Shown piece by piece: positions 45,201 through 57,000 of a DNA stretch of 64,000 nucleotides. The stretch's first letter is position 1; each line of letters opens with the position of its first letter. The notes under the pieces are model-generated. The model searched no databases and was not told the origin of the DNA. It saw only the letters and a list, made by a program, of their open reading frames with translations. Origin of the DNA: Anaeramoeba ignava BMAN (taxonomy: Eukaryota; Protista; Anaeramoebae). A program made the translations under genes and the position numbers. The DNA is taken from the NCBI GenBank assembly GCA_028826165.1, contig JAPDFW010000059.1:1302001-1366000 (forward strand), in the 5' to 3' direction.

Positions 45201-47903
45201 TATTAAATATTAAATATTAAATATTAAATAATAAATATTAAATATTAAATATTAAATAATAAATAATAAATATTAAATAATAAATAATAAAATAATAAAT
45301 ATTAAATAATAAATAATAAATATTAAATATTAAATATTAAATATTAAATATTAATAGGGATATTTACACATTGGACATGCTAAAGCAATGACTCTTGATT
45401 TTGGATATGCAGAACAAAATGATGGAATATGCTATTTAAGATTTGATGATACTAATCCAACAGCAGAAAAACAGGAATATATTGATGGAATAATAGAAAA
45501 TGTCAAATGGTTTGGATTCAAAATTTACAAAATTACTTATTCATCAAGTTATTTTGATCAGTTATATGAATTTGCAATTCAATTGATTAAAGATGATTTA
45601 GCATATGTTTGTCATCAAACCCCAAAAGAAATGAGTCAAGGAAGAGAAGATATGATTGATTCACCTTGGAGAAATCGTCCTATTGAAGAATCACTTGCTG
45701 AATTTGAAAAAATGAAAAAAGGATTTTATAAAGAAGGCGAAGCTGTTTTAAGACTTAAAATGAATATGAAAAGTGAAAATCCTTGTCTTAGAGATCTTGT
45801 TGCTTATAGAGTTAAATTTATGTCTCATCCAAGAACTGGAGATAAATGGTGTATTTATCCTTCTTATGATTTTACACATTGTATTGTTGATTCTTTAGAG
45901 AATATTACTCATTCACTTTGTACTTTGGAATTTCAAGTAAATATTTCAAATCAAATTAAAATCCGAATTAAATTAAATTAAATTAAATCCAAATTAAATT
46001 AAAATCAAATTAAATTAAATTAAATTAAATCCAAATTAAATTAAATTAAATCTAAATTAAATTAAATCCAAATTAAATTAAATCAAATTAAATTAAATTA
46101 AATTAAATTAAATTAAATTAAATTAAATTAAATTAAATCAAATTAAATTAAATTAAATTAAATTAAATTAAATTAAATCAAATTAAATTAAATTAAATTA
46201 AATTAAATCAAATTAAATTAAATTAAATCCAAATTAAATTAAATCAAATTAAATCCAAATTAAATCCAAATTAAATTTAGATTCGTCAAGAATCTTATTA
46301 TTGGCTTTTAGATGCTTTAAGAATTTATAAACCAGTTGTTTGGGAATTTGGAAGATTAAATTTATCTCATACAATAATGTCAAAACGTAAATTACAACAA
46401 TTGATTAGAGAAAATTATGTAATAGGATGGAGTGATCCAAGAATGCCAACAATTAATGGATTAAGAAGAAGAGGTAAAAATATTAAAATTCATTTATAAA
46501 ATTAATATTAAAATTAAAATTAAAATTAAAATTCATTTATAAAATTAAAATTAAAATTAATATTAAAATTAAAATATAAAATTAAAATTAAAATTAAAAT
46601 TAAAATTAAAATTCATTTTGAAAATTAAAATTAAAATTAAAATTAAAATTAAAATTCATTTTGAAAATTAAAATTAAAATTAAAATTCATTTATAATATT
46701 AATATTAAAATTAAAATTAAAATTAAAATTAAAATTAAAATTAAAATTCATTTGAAAATTAAAATTAAAATTAATATTAAAATTAAAATTAAAATTAAAA
46801 TTCATTTATAAAATTAAAATTAAAATTAAAATTAAAATTCATTTATAAAATTCATTTTGAAAATTAAAATTAAAATTAAAAATTCATTTTGAAAATTAAA
46901 ATTAAAATTAATATTAAAATTAAAATTAAAATTAAAATTAAAATTAAAATTAAAATTAAAATTAAAATTCATTTTGAAAATTAAAATTAAAATTAAAATT
47001 CATTTTGAAAATTAAAATTAATATTAAAATTAAAATTAATATTAATATTAAAATTAAAATTAAAATTAATATTAAAATTCATTTATAAAATTTATTTTGA
47101 AAATTAAAATTCATTTATAAAATTCATTTTGAAAATTCATTTTGAAAATTTAAATTAAAGGTTATACTGCAACAGCTATCAAACAATTTTGTGAAATTGT
47201 CGGTGTTTCAAGAAAAGATGAATCTTTAATTCCAATTGAATTACTTGAATCAGTTTTAATCAAAGAATTAGATAAAACTTGTCCAAGAGCATTTGCAATT
47301 TTAGATCCATTAAAAATTACATTAACAAACTTTGAAAAATTCATAGAATTTGAAGCACCAAATCATCCAAAAAATCCAAGCTTTGGAAAAAGGAAAATAC
47401 CATTAACAAAAGTGATTTATATTGAAAAATCAGATTTTCGAATGAATGATTCAGAAGATTTTTATGGATTAAGTTTAAACAAAGAAGTTGGATTAAAATA
47501 TGGAATAAACATAACATGTACAAAAGTAATAACAGATAAAGATGGAAAAGTGATTGAACTTGAAGCTGAAGGTGATTTCAAGAAAGAAAGAAAACCAAAA
47601 GGATATATTCATTGGATTTCACCAGATCAAAATGAAAAATTATTTACTGCCGAAGTTCATGTTTATGACCATTTATTGATTTGTGAAGATCCTTCTACTG
47701 TTGATGATTGGTTAGCTCAAATTAATCCTAATTCTCTTCTTGTTATTAATGATGCTTTGATTGATCCTGTTCTTGTTAATTCTAAACCTGGTGATAAATT
47801 CCAGTTTGAAAGATTGGGTTTCTTTTGCGTTGATTCTGATTCTAATGATTCTAAATTGATTTTCAATAAAACAGTTCCTTTAAAAGGAAAAAAGGATTTT
47901 TAA
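42245..47903 (+). CDS. QARS1: Glutaminyl-tRNA synthetase; exons 42245-42355, 44079-44642, 45358-45936, 46281-46473, 47161-47903
   Basis: Spliced product has [18 protein letters not shown] (HIGH), [46 protein letters not shown] and a eukaryotic N-terminal extension. Confidence 0.93.
42356..44078. repeat. GlnRS intron 1 (1723 bp) filled with 12-bp repeat (ATAAATAATTTT)n
   Basis: GT at 42356, AG at 44078, repeat throughout. Confidence 0.92.
44643..45357. repeat. GlnRS intron 2 (715 bp) filled with 7-bp repeat (TAAATAT/TAAATAA)n
   Basis: GT..AG boundaries join EPN|GYLHIGH. Confidence 0.92.
45937..46280. repeat. GlnRS intron 3 (344 bp) filled with 5-bp repeat (AAATT)n
   Basis: GT..AG boundaries join LEFQ|IRQESY. 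Confidence 0.92.
46474..47160. repeat. GlnRS intron 4 (687 bp) filled with 6-bp repeat (AAAATT)n and CATTT variants
   Basis: GT..AG boundaries (phase 1) join RRR-G-YTATA. Confidence 0.92.
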
Positions 47904-48022
47904 AAAATTAAAAATTTAAAATCAAAAAATCCAAAAAATTTTACTTCAAAAAAAAAAATAAAAGAAAAAGTTTAAAAAAAAAAGAAATCATTTTGTTGTA
48001 ATGCTATTTTTGAAGAGAAAGT

Positions 48023-50531
48023 TCAAACAAAATAGACTTCAAGTTCTTCAATTTTCCATTTATTATAAGAACCAGCAAAAAATTCTCTTGCTTCTTGAGA
48101 ATCTTCTTGAATATCTTTAGGAAGTTGATAACAACTATAAAATCGATCACCAAAATCCGACCAAAAAATATCAAAAGAATCATTAACATTTCCAGATTCA
48201 GTAAAAATACCGATATCAAAACCAAATTCTGGACCTCTATGAGAACCATAACAAATAGCTTTGTCTTCTTTTTCTTTTTGGATTCGGAACATTTGGGGAA
48301 CATAATTTTTCTTTCTTGGATTTTGCAAAGAAAATATAAATGCATTTGGGTCTCTAATCCATCCCCAATTTCTTCTTTGGTAAGACCAAGAAGATTGGTT
48401 TGGTGTCCATCCGACTTTTGTAAATCCTCCAAATATATATTTTTCGGATGTTTGAATAAGTAAAAGTGCTTTTCCTTTTTCATCGCATTTTGAATGAAAA
48501 GAATGACCGCAAAGTCCATCTTTTTTTCCCGAATAACAAACTTTCATTGTGTAAAAAAACTCCTCGTCATTTATCCATTCTTTCAAATATTTAATCACAT
48601 GATAATTTGTGTTTGTTATGATTGAGCTTGGCGGGAAATAAAATCTTGGTGTAAACATTAAACAATCTCTTGGGATTTTTGGTGATGCTTTTAAATTTTT
48701 TTCTTCTTCAGATTCAATTTGTATTTCATTTTCTGTTTCAGTTTCGTTTTCAGTTTCGTTTTCTGTTTCGTTTTCTGTTTCAGTGTCAATTATAATTTTG
48801 CTTTTGATTTGATTTTTGTGTTGATTTTCATTTTCAATTTGATTATCATTCATAATTGGCATTTCCCCATTTTTATTTGGATTATTTTCTGTTTTTATTT
48901 TTCTCTTTGGATTTTTATTGTGTTTTCTATGTTTGGAATGTTTTTGTTTGTGTTGTAAATGTTGATTTTGGTTTATATTCTGAAGTTGCATTTGATTTAT
49001 TTTTTGTAATTGAAGTTGGTTTAAATTTTGAAGTTGGTTTAAATTCTGAAGTTGATTCTGAAGTTGATTGAGGTTCTGAATCTGGCTTTGAATTTGATTT
49101 TGAATTTGGTTTTGAAGTTGATTTAGATTTTGAATTTGGTTTTGAATTTGGTTTTGAATCTCATTTTGTATTTGGAATTGGTTTATATTTTGGTTGATAT
49201 TTGGATTTTCGTTTTTCGCGATATTTTGAATTTGATTTTGAATTTCGTAATAGTGTTTTTGATTGAAATATGGCTGGTTTTGGCTAATATTTGGCATTTC
49301 ATTTCTATTTGTATTTTGAATTTGAATTTCATTTTTACTATTTTCATTTTTATTCTCGTTTTGATTCTCGTTTTGATTTTTGATTTTGATTTGATTTTGA
49401 TTTTGATTTGTATTTTGATTTTGGTTTTGATTTTGATTTTGATTTTGATTTTGAATTTGATTTGTGTTTTGGTTTTTAATTTGATTTTGGTTTGTATTTT
49501 GATTTTGATTTTTTGTATTTATATTTTGATTTGTAATTTGATTTTTTGTATTTGTCTTTTCATTTATATTTGTATTTTTTTGATTGTGATTTTTTGTATT
49601 TGTTTTCTCATTTATATTTGTATTTTTTTGATTTTGATTTTGGATTTTGATTTTGATTTTCAAATTCTTCTTGATTTGATAAAGATTTTGATTTTGAACT
49701 ATAAAACTCCAGAATTGTCGGAAGAATATCTTCAGGAATAAGATTAAGTTGAGTAAACTGAAGAATCTGTTCTAATTCAATTTCACAGAAACGAATTTGA
49801 GGAATAAATTTACGAACTTTTTCTCGAATTAATTTATTGAGTTGTGAATCTTGAAACAAATTATCCATATCTGCATTTGGATTGACATGGAAATGAGTCC
49901 AACGATAAACAGCGTTGAGAAGATCAATTTCCTTATTCATAATTAAATCATTTCGACTGAGAATTTCTTCAAGTTCTTTTTCACGAAGATCGAAAAAAGA
50001 ACGGGATTGGATAATTTGTTGGAAATTTTTAAAAATAAAATCAAAACATAAAGAATAAAGCCTGTTCAAATTGAACTGAATTGAAAGATTCAAGACATCA
50101 ATAGCATTATAAATTGTGATGTTTTGGAAAATGAAGCGAGATAGAAAATCAAATAAGGAATCGTCTGAAAGTAAAAATTTCTGGAAATGGATTAGAATTT
50201 CAATAGCATTTTCTTGATTAATTGCGATTATTCCTGTATAAATATATCCCAATATAATTTCCATAATTTGAGGCGAAATATCGTTGAATTCAACTTTTCC
50301 TTCTTGATATTCTTTCATCCGAGATCTGAATAATCCATTGAAATATTTACTTCTACTTGAAAGAATTGCTCTGTGAGTTTTAAAGATGGTTGTTTTCTTT
50401 TTTTGATTATTTTCTGAATTTTTAGGTTGGTTCACAATAATTTGGAAATCACTTAATGATTCATCTTCTTTTGAAAGTAAATGTTTTAAGTCTTGAGATA
50501 ATTTATCAAAATTATTAAAAATTTGTGCCAT
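48023..50531 (-). CDS. BTB-BACK + long N/Q-rich linker + TLDc protein; one frameshift near 49640
   Basis: ORF 49608-50531 (FKTHRAILSSRSKYFNGLF) and ORF 48023-49663 (YSGKKDG..FHSKCDEKGKALLLIQT..YIFGGFT) overlap in a CAAAAT repeat. Confidence 0.82.
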
Positions 50532-50941
50532 TTTTATTTATAAATATAAATATGAAAATAAATAAATAAATATATATAAATATATAAATATAAATAAATA
50601 AAATGAAGTTGATAATTTATTTTATTTTATTTTTGGAAATCTAAAATAAAAATAAAATAAAATAAAATAAAAAGAAGAAGGAAAACAGGTTAGTAAATTG
50701 AATATAAAAATTAATTTTGTTTTTAATTTAAATTATTTTTTTGGATTTTTAGAAATTTTAAATAAAAAATTACTTAATAATTAAATGAAGAAATTTAAAT
50801 AAATTTTGTGTGTTTGTTTTTTATGAAAAAAAAAAAAGAGAAAGAAAAGGAAAATGAAAGAAAAAAAATGAAAAAAAAAAAAAGGGAAAAAAATATTTTT
50901 CATTTTTTTTCTTTCTTTCATTCATTCTTTTCTTGTTTAAA

Positions 50942-53923
50942 ATGGATTCAATCGAAGAACTTAAAAATCATAAAATACAAACTTGGGAAAAACTTGGCAA
51001 CAAATTTTATGAAAAAAGTAAATCATATGATTTAAGCATCAAATTACAAATGGATGAATTTTTCATATCAGCAGCACCATTTTCAGGACCATTTGCATTA
51101 ACACGAGACCCAAGCAAACTTGTGAAGCGAAATGATTTGACACAAAAGGGAAAATTCATTAATATTTTTTCACTATCAGGAATTAAACTGCATGAGATCA
51201 ACTGTGACAACAAAGAACCAATTTTCCATTTTGGATGGACAAGCAAAGAAGAGTTTATTCTAATCACAGAAAAAGGACAGATAGAAATATACAGTTTGGA
51301 TCGTCTGAGCGAACCAGACCCTTTCGATCTCGGCTCAAGTTGCGAGAAAGAAGGCATGGAAAAATGCATTATAAGTGAACCTTATATTGTTGGAATAGCA
51401 AAAAATAATCAAGTCAGTATTTTTGATCTTGAGGAAGCAAGAACAATCATGATGACAAATCCGTTTTTGGAGGAGGATGTCAAGCCGCTTTCCATGATTG
51501 TTCTTGAAATTAACGAAGCACCTCATGTTTTTGTTGCCATGAATAACGGAAAACTTTATAATTTAGATGCCGAATCTTCAACGGAAGTTAGTTTTTCTTT
51601 TATTGATTCTTTTGTGGCAATGGAGCTTTCTGCAAAAAACAATTATATTGCCACTTTCAGTCAAACTGGAATTGTGAGAGTTTTCACGCAGGATTTCAGT
51701 TCCTGTCTTCTGCAATTTGACATGCAAACAACATTTCCTCCCGACCGTTTCGGTTGGTGCGGAAACGACACTGTTCTCGTTTATTTCGAGAATATGGACC
51801 AACTTATCGAGGCTTACGAACCAAATATCCTCATCATGCTCGGACCAAATAATCAAATGGTCCGCTTTTATTTTGAATCTCCTATTTATTTCCACACAGA
51901 AATCGATGGCGCAAGAATCATCACAAGTACAACAAGTGAATTTTTATCAAAAGTGCCTGACGAAGTTCAGAGTATTTTTTGGTACGGCGCAACTTCTCCA
52001 GAGGCTATTCTTTTCGATGCCTACAGAGAGTTCAAACACAGCGACTCAAAAGCGGACGAAAAGATCCGCGAGATTATGAAATCCGGGTCTTTGCAGTCCG
52101 CAATCCGTAATTGTATCATTTCCGCAGGTCATGAAACAGACCCTAAACTCCAGCCCTTTCTTCTCGAAGCTGCTGCCTTCGGGAAAGCTTACTACCGTAA
52201 TGTCATCTCAAGCATCCAAGACCAGGATCCTGTCCGCAAAGACAATCTCCATCAAATGTTCGTGGAAATGACAATGGCGGTTAAAATTCTCAGCGCAATA
52301 AGAGATTTTTCAGTTGGAATTTTTCTTTCTTTTGAACAGTTCAAGTTTCTCGGTCAGGACCAAGTTATTGATAGATTATTGAATAGGCGACAGTATATTC
52401 TCGCACATAAAATTGGTGTTTATCTCGGGAAAAAAACTCATAAAAAAGTCCTTACAAAATGGGCAATTGCGCTTATAAATTCTCCTGATTATGCAGAGAA
52501 AAATTCGGAATCCGAAAACGAAATTTACGAAAAAATAACGGCAAAATTTGATTCCGAAGAATTTCGATTCAAAAGAGATATTCCTTACTACGAAATAGCA
52601 CTAGAAGCGCACCACAAACAGAAACACGAGCTTGCTGAAAAACTCATCAAAAAAGAACGTTCTCTTGCCAAGCAAGTCAGTCTGTTCATCCGCATGAAAA
52701 AATTCCAAAAAGCTCTCGATATCGCAACAGACTCAAACGACTCAACATTGATCTATCTTGTGCTCTATTCAGCACATCGGCAGAGAAGACAGCAAATGCG
52801 CAAACAAGAAGAACAAGAAAACCAACGCAAAGAAGTTCAACTTCAAAGGGAAAAGGATCTTGAGAAGGAACAAAAACGCAGGCAAAAAAAACTTCTCCGG
52901 CAACGGCAATCCAAAAAATCCAAAAAATCTAAAAAATCTAAAAATGATGAATCCGAAAGCGAGGATTCAGATCTCCAGTTCTCAGAAGAAAAGGAATTCC
53001 AAGCAAAAACGCGAATGTATAATTATTACAAACATCAAGAAGAGCGCGAGGAGGAAGAGCGCATTAAAATTCTCGAGCAACAAGAAACAGAGCTCTCAAA
53101 CCTCATCGGAAACAACTACGTCGCGGCTAATATGCAATATCTTCTCTGGAACAGAACAAACAACCCGCGCACTGAGTTTCTTCTTCAGGCATTAGGCCTC
53201 TCAAAAAAACTTGCCTTTTTCCTTATAGCTCAAAGCTACAGATTCCTTCCCAAAAATCTCCATGAGGGTGAATCTCTTTCCCAAGAATTTCTCGAACAAA
53301 AACAAAAAGCAGATCTTCTCAAACAATTCTTCACTCCAGACTACAATGTTTTTGTGCTCAATTTGCGCAAGGAAAAACTCGGCTCTGCACATAAAATTTT
53401 TGCCGAATCAAATTTGGAATTTTTCAAAAATTCAACAACAATCCAACTTTCCCTTTTGACATACCAAGAAAAACTCGAAACACAAAAATCAAATCGCGAA
53501 GCAAAAAACCAATATCTTGGATTATCACTTTATCAAACAGTCGGAAAGCTTATTCGTGATGAAGAATTCAAAGAAGCAGATTCGTTCCGAAAAAAGTTCT
53601 CAATTCCGGACAAACAATATTGGTGGATTAAAATTCGAAATCTTGCCCAAGCAAATCATTATGCTGAACTTCGAAACTTCGCCCAAAATAAATCTCCTAT
53701 TGGATACGAACCTTTTGCAAGAGTTTGTATTGAAAATGATTCAAAAACAAAAGCTAATGAATTCATCTCAATGATTCCTGATTTGAGAAGAAGAGTCGAA
53801 CTTTTTATCGAAACTGAAAATTTTGATAGAGCTATTCAAACAGCAACTTCTTTAAAAGATAAAGATTTAATCGAAAGAGTTCATGAAATGAAATCATCTT
53901 CAATTTCATTTTCCAAAAAATAA
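50942..53923 (+). CDS. VPS16: Vps16, HOPS/CORVET subunit
   Basis: AAPFSGPFAL.RD, WCGND.V, EIDGARII, LLEAAAFGK, GLSLYQTV..LI, F.IPDKQYWWIKI..LA, KSPIGYEPF. Confidence 0.93.
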   Translation: MDSIEELKNHKIQTWEKLGNKFYEKSKSYDLSIKLQMDEFFISAAPFSGPFALTRDPSKLVKRNDLTQKGKFINIFSLSGIKLHEINCDNKEPIFHFGWTSKEEFILITEKGQIEIYSLDRLSEPDPFDLGSSCEKEGMEKCIISEPYIVGIAKNNQVSIFDLEEARTIMMTNPFLEEDVKPLSMIVLEINEAPHVFVAMNNGKLYNLDAESSTEVSFSFIDSFVAMELSAKNNYIATFSQTGIVRVFTQDFSSCLLQFDMQTTFPPDRFGWCGNDTVLVYFENMDQLIEAYEPNILIMLGPNNQMVRFYFESPIYFHTEIDGARIITSTTSEFLSKVPDEVQSIFWYGATSPEAILFDAYREFKHSDSKADEKIREIMKSGSLQSAIRNCIISAGHETDPKLQPFLLEAAAFGKAYYRNVISSIQDQDPVRKDNLHQMFVEMTMAVKILSAIRDFSVGIFLSFEQFKFLGQDQVIDRLLNRRQYILAHKIGVYLGKKTHKKVLTKWAIALINSPDYAEKNSESENEIYEKITAKFDSEEFRFKRDIPYYEIALEAHHKQKHELAEKLIKKERSLAKQVSLFIRMKKFQKALDIATDSNDSTLIYLVLYSAHRQRRQQMRKQEEQENQRKEVQLQREKDLEKEQKRRQKKLLRQRQSKKSKKSKKSKNDESESEDSDLQFSEEKEFQAKTRMYNYYKHQEEREEEERIKILEQQETELSNLIGNNYVAANMQYLLWNRTNNPRTEFLLQALGLSKKLAFFLIAQSYRFLPKNLHEGESLSQEFLEQKQKADLLKQFFTPDYNVFVLNLRKEKLGSAHKIFAESNLEFFKNSTTIQLSLLTYQEKLETQKSNREAKNQYLGLSLYQTVGKLIRDEEFKEADSFRKKFSIPDKQYWWIKIRNLAQANHYAELRNFAQNKSPIGYEPFARVCIENDSKTKANEFISMIPDLRRRVELFIETENFDRAIQTATSLKDKDLIERVHEMKSSSISFSKK

Positions 53924-54036
53924 TTTCATTTCATTTTTTTTCATTTTTTTCATTTTTTTCATTTTTTTCTTTTTTAAAAAAGATTTTTTTTTTTTGCTTT
54001 TTTTCTTCTTTTCTTTTTTAATTTTTTACATTTTAA

Positions 54037-57000
54037 ATGCAAAACAAAAATCATCTTAAAATTTTTAATTTCCAAAATTTAAATTCTAATTGGAATCAAA
54101 ATTTTATTAATTCAAAATTACATTTCCCTTTTTGTGCTTTTAAAACAAATCAAAATAATTTAATTGTTCAATTTTTAGTTTCAAAAGATGATTCTTATTC
54201 AACTTTGATAAATATTCCTGAAATTCACATTTCAAATTTAAAAGATTATTTCTGGGGAATCACAAACAAAGGAAATGTTCAAATTTTATCAACTTTTTCA
54301 GAAAATAACCATATTTTTCTTTTCCGTTTTTTCACTTCAAATCAAATTCTTTCTTCAAATCAAAAATTTCAAATTATTGAAAATGAAACGGAATCTCAAC
54401 AAAATTTCGACACTTGTCTATTTAAATTTCCAATCATTCCATCAAACCCAAATAATGAAATTATCCAAATACAAAAACTTGATTTGGATTTGCAAAAAAT
54501 TATCGATGTTTTGAAGACCAAAGAAATAGCATTGAAGCAAATACACAAACAAAATTCAATTGAATATCTTTTTCATCATCAATTCAGAAAAAGGAGAATA
54601 TTCGCAACTTTTTTACTCAATTCCAGATATGTTTTAGTTTGTTCAATTTCAAAACAGGGAATTTTTTTTGAGAAATTATTTAATCTTTCCATTCCAAGAA
54701 AATTTCAACTTTTCAAGTTTATTTCAACAAAACGTTTTATTTACGCAATATTTTTGGATCCAAGTAGAATTTACACTTGGGAAAAATCAACTGCAAGAAG
54801 AGCTGCAAGTTTCCAAATTGCAAAAACTTCAATCACAAAAAAGTTGAGAAACGTCTTTGTTTCTCCAAACGATTTGTGGATCATTTTTATTTACCAAGAT
54901 TTCACCTTCCAAGTTGTCAATTTGGATATTCATTTCCAAATTAATTTCCAACATATTCGCAATAATTACGAAAAAATTTTTCTTGATCGAAATCAAAATC
55001 AAAATCAAAATCAAAATAAAAATCAAAATCAAAATCAAAATCAAAATAAAAATAAAGAAGAAAAGGGCTCTTTGGATGAGGAAGATTCGTTTTGTGGAGA
55101 AAACTCTCTTCTTTATCACGAATGGAATTGTGGAAATGATATTTTATTATCAAAATGCTTTGGAACAAATTTTACAATGAAAAGAGAACAGAAATTATTT
55201 TCTTCCCATTGGTTTGTTTTCTCACCTTCAAACCCTGATATTTTTTCTCAGAAATTCTCTCCTGATTGGAGTTCAAAACAAAAACATTTTCCAAATAACA
55301 AATATAACGGATTTGTATTTGAAAAAAATATTGAAATTGAAGAAGAATCAACAATAAAAAGCTCCAAATACAACCATGAAAAGAAACAGAAACAGACAAA
55401 AAATCAAATCAGAAATCAAAGAAAAAGAAACAGGAAATTGAGATTAAGGAACCCGTTGTTTATTCACGAAGAAAAGTCACTTTCCAATTACGAGAAAATG
55501 AATACAAAACAAATTATATTCCAAAATCTTCAACTTATTTTCATTTTGATTCTTCAAAAAACTCTTGGATCACCACTGATGAATATTTTATGCATAATTC
55601 CCAAAACATGCCAGTTTCGATTGACGATTTTATTGTAACTGAAAACCATTTTATGCTCAAATATCACGAAGAAAAAGACTCAAAAAATAGCGAACATCAT
55701 TTTCTTATTTTTGATTTTGAAAAGGATTTTTGTTCATCTTCAGCAAAAATAACCTTCTCACAACCATTTAACCAAACCTGCATCTCTCAAACCAAAGAAA
55801 ACCTTGTTTTCGTTCTCAATTCAGATTCTTTGGCTGTTTTAATACTAAACTCAGCAACTACTAATTTTGTTGACTCTTTATTACTTTTTGGAAAATTTGA
55901 ATTGGCAGAATTTTTTTATCAAACAAACAACTGGGATTCAAATACCCTTTGGTCAGAAAGGGCAATAAATCTCGCCTTGGATTACCAAGATTACTCTCTT
56001 ATAGAACGCGCATTGTCTAAATTTCCTTTTGAAAAGCAACTTGTTATTATCCAAAAAATGATCTCCTATACAAATTCTAATTTCAGCAAATTCAGACCTA
56101 ATTTTCTCCAAAATTTAATCAATTTATTCCAACAAAAAATATTGCTTTCAATTTCTCAGTATTCTGAAAAGATATTAGCCTTCTTTCCGCTTCCAAATGA
56201 GAATGTCAACCATCTTAATTTGCAACAAATTTTGATTCTCTTCGCCTCAAATCTTGATAATTCTCTCTCTTTTTTAAATACAAATCATTCAAACCAAGAA
56301 AAAATGCAAATGGAATTGCATAAAATTTCTCAATCAAATTCAAATGCGCTAATTTTACGTAAAATCTCAAATATGATCCAAATTCATCCACTTTCTATAG
56401 TTGAAAAACCAAAAAAGGATTCAATGGAAGAACTTCAACAAAAAATGAACGAACAAATTTTCCATTTTGTTTCTCAGTCAATTCTTTCTTCAGAAGAATT
56501 TCATACTTATTCAATTCCACAATTCATTTCCCAATTTATTTCTTCAGGAAAATTTTCTGAGCTCATTTCTATTCTCCAATTCTACAAAAACCAAGAAAAC
56601 CCCTTAAATTTGGAATCATTTTTCAGAAAAGAAATTGATTTCATTTCAAATTTGAAAAGATTTTCATTTGAGGTTTTTTACCATTTGGTAGAAACAAACC
56701 AAGTCAAAGAAGCTTTTGATTTAATTAATAATTGCCAAATCAAGAAAGAATCAGATATCGCAAATGAATTATTATTGTTCACAAAAAACTCAGTTGTGAG
56801 AAACAATTTACTTCCCTTTTTATATAAAGATTTACCTAATATACAATCCATCAACCCTTTCAACCATGATTCTATTCAAAATGATCTTAATTTTCTTCTT
56901 TTTCTTTCCCATTACTATCCAAATGAAGACTATTTGTATTATTTTGAATTGAAAACACAAAAAAACTATACAGAATTCCCAGAAATTTGGGATATTATTA

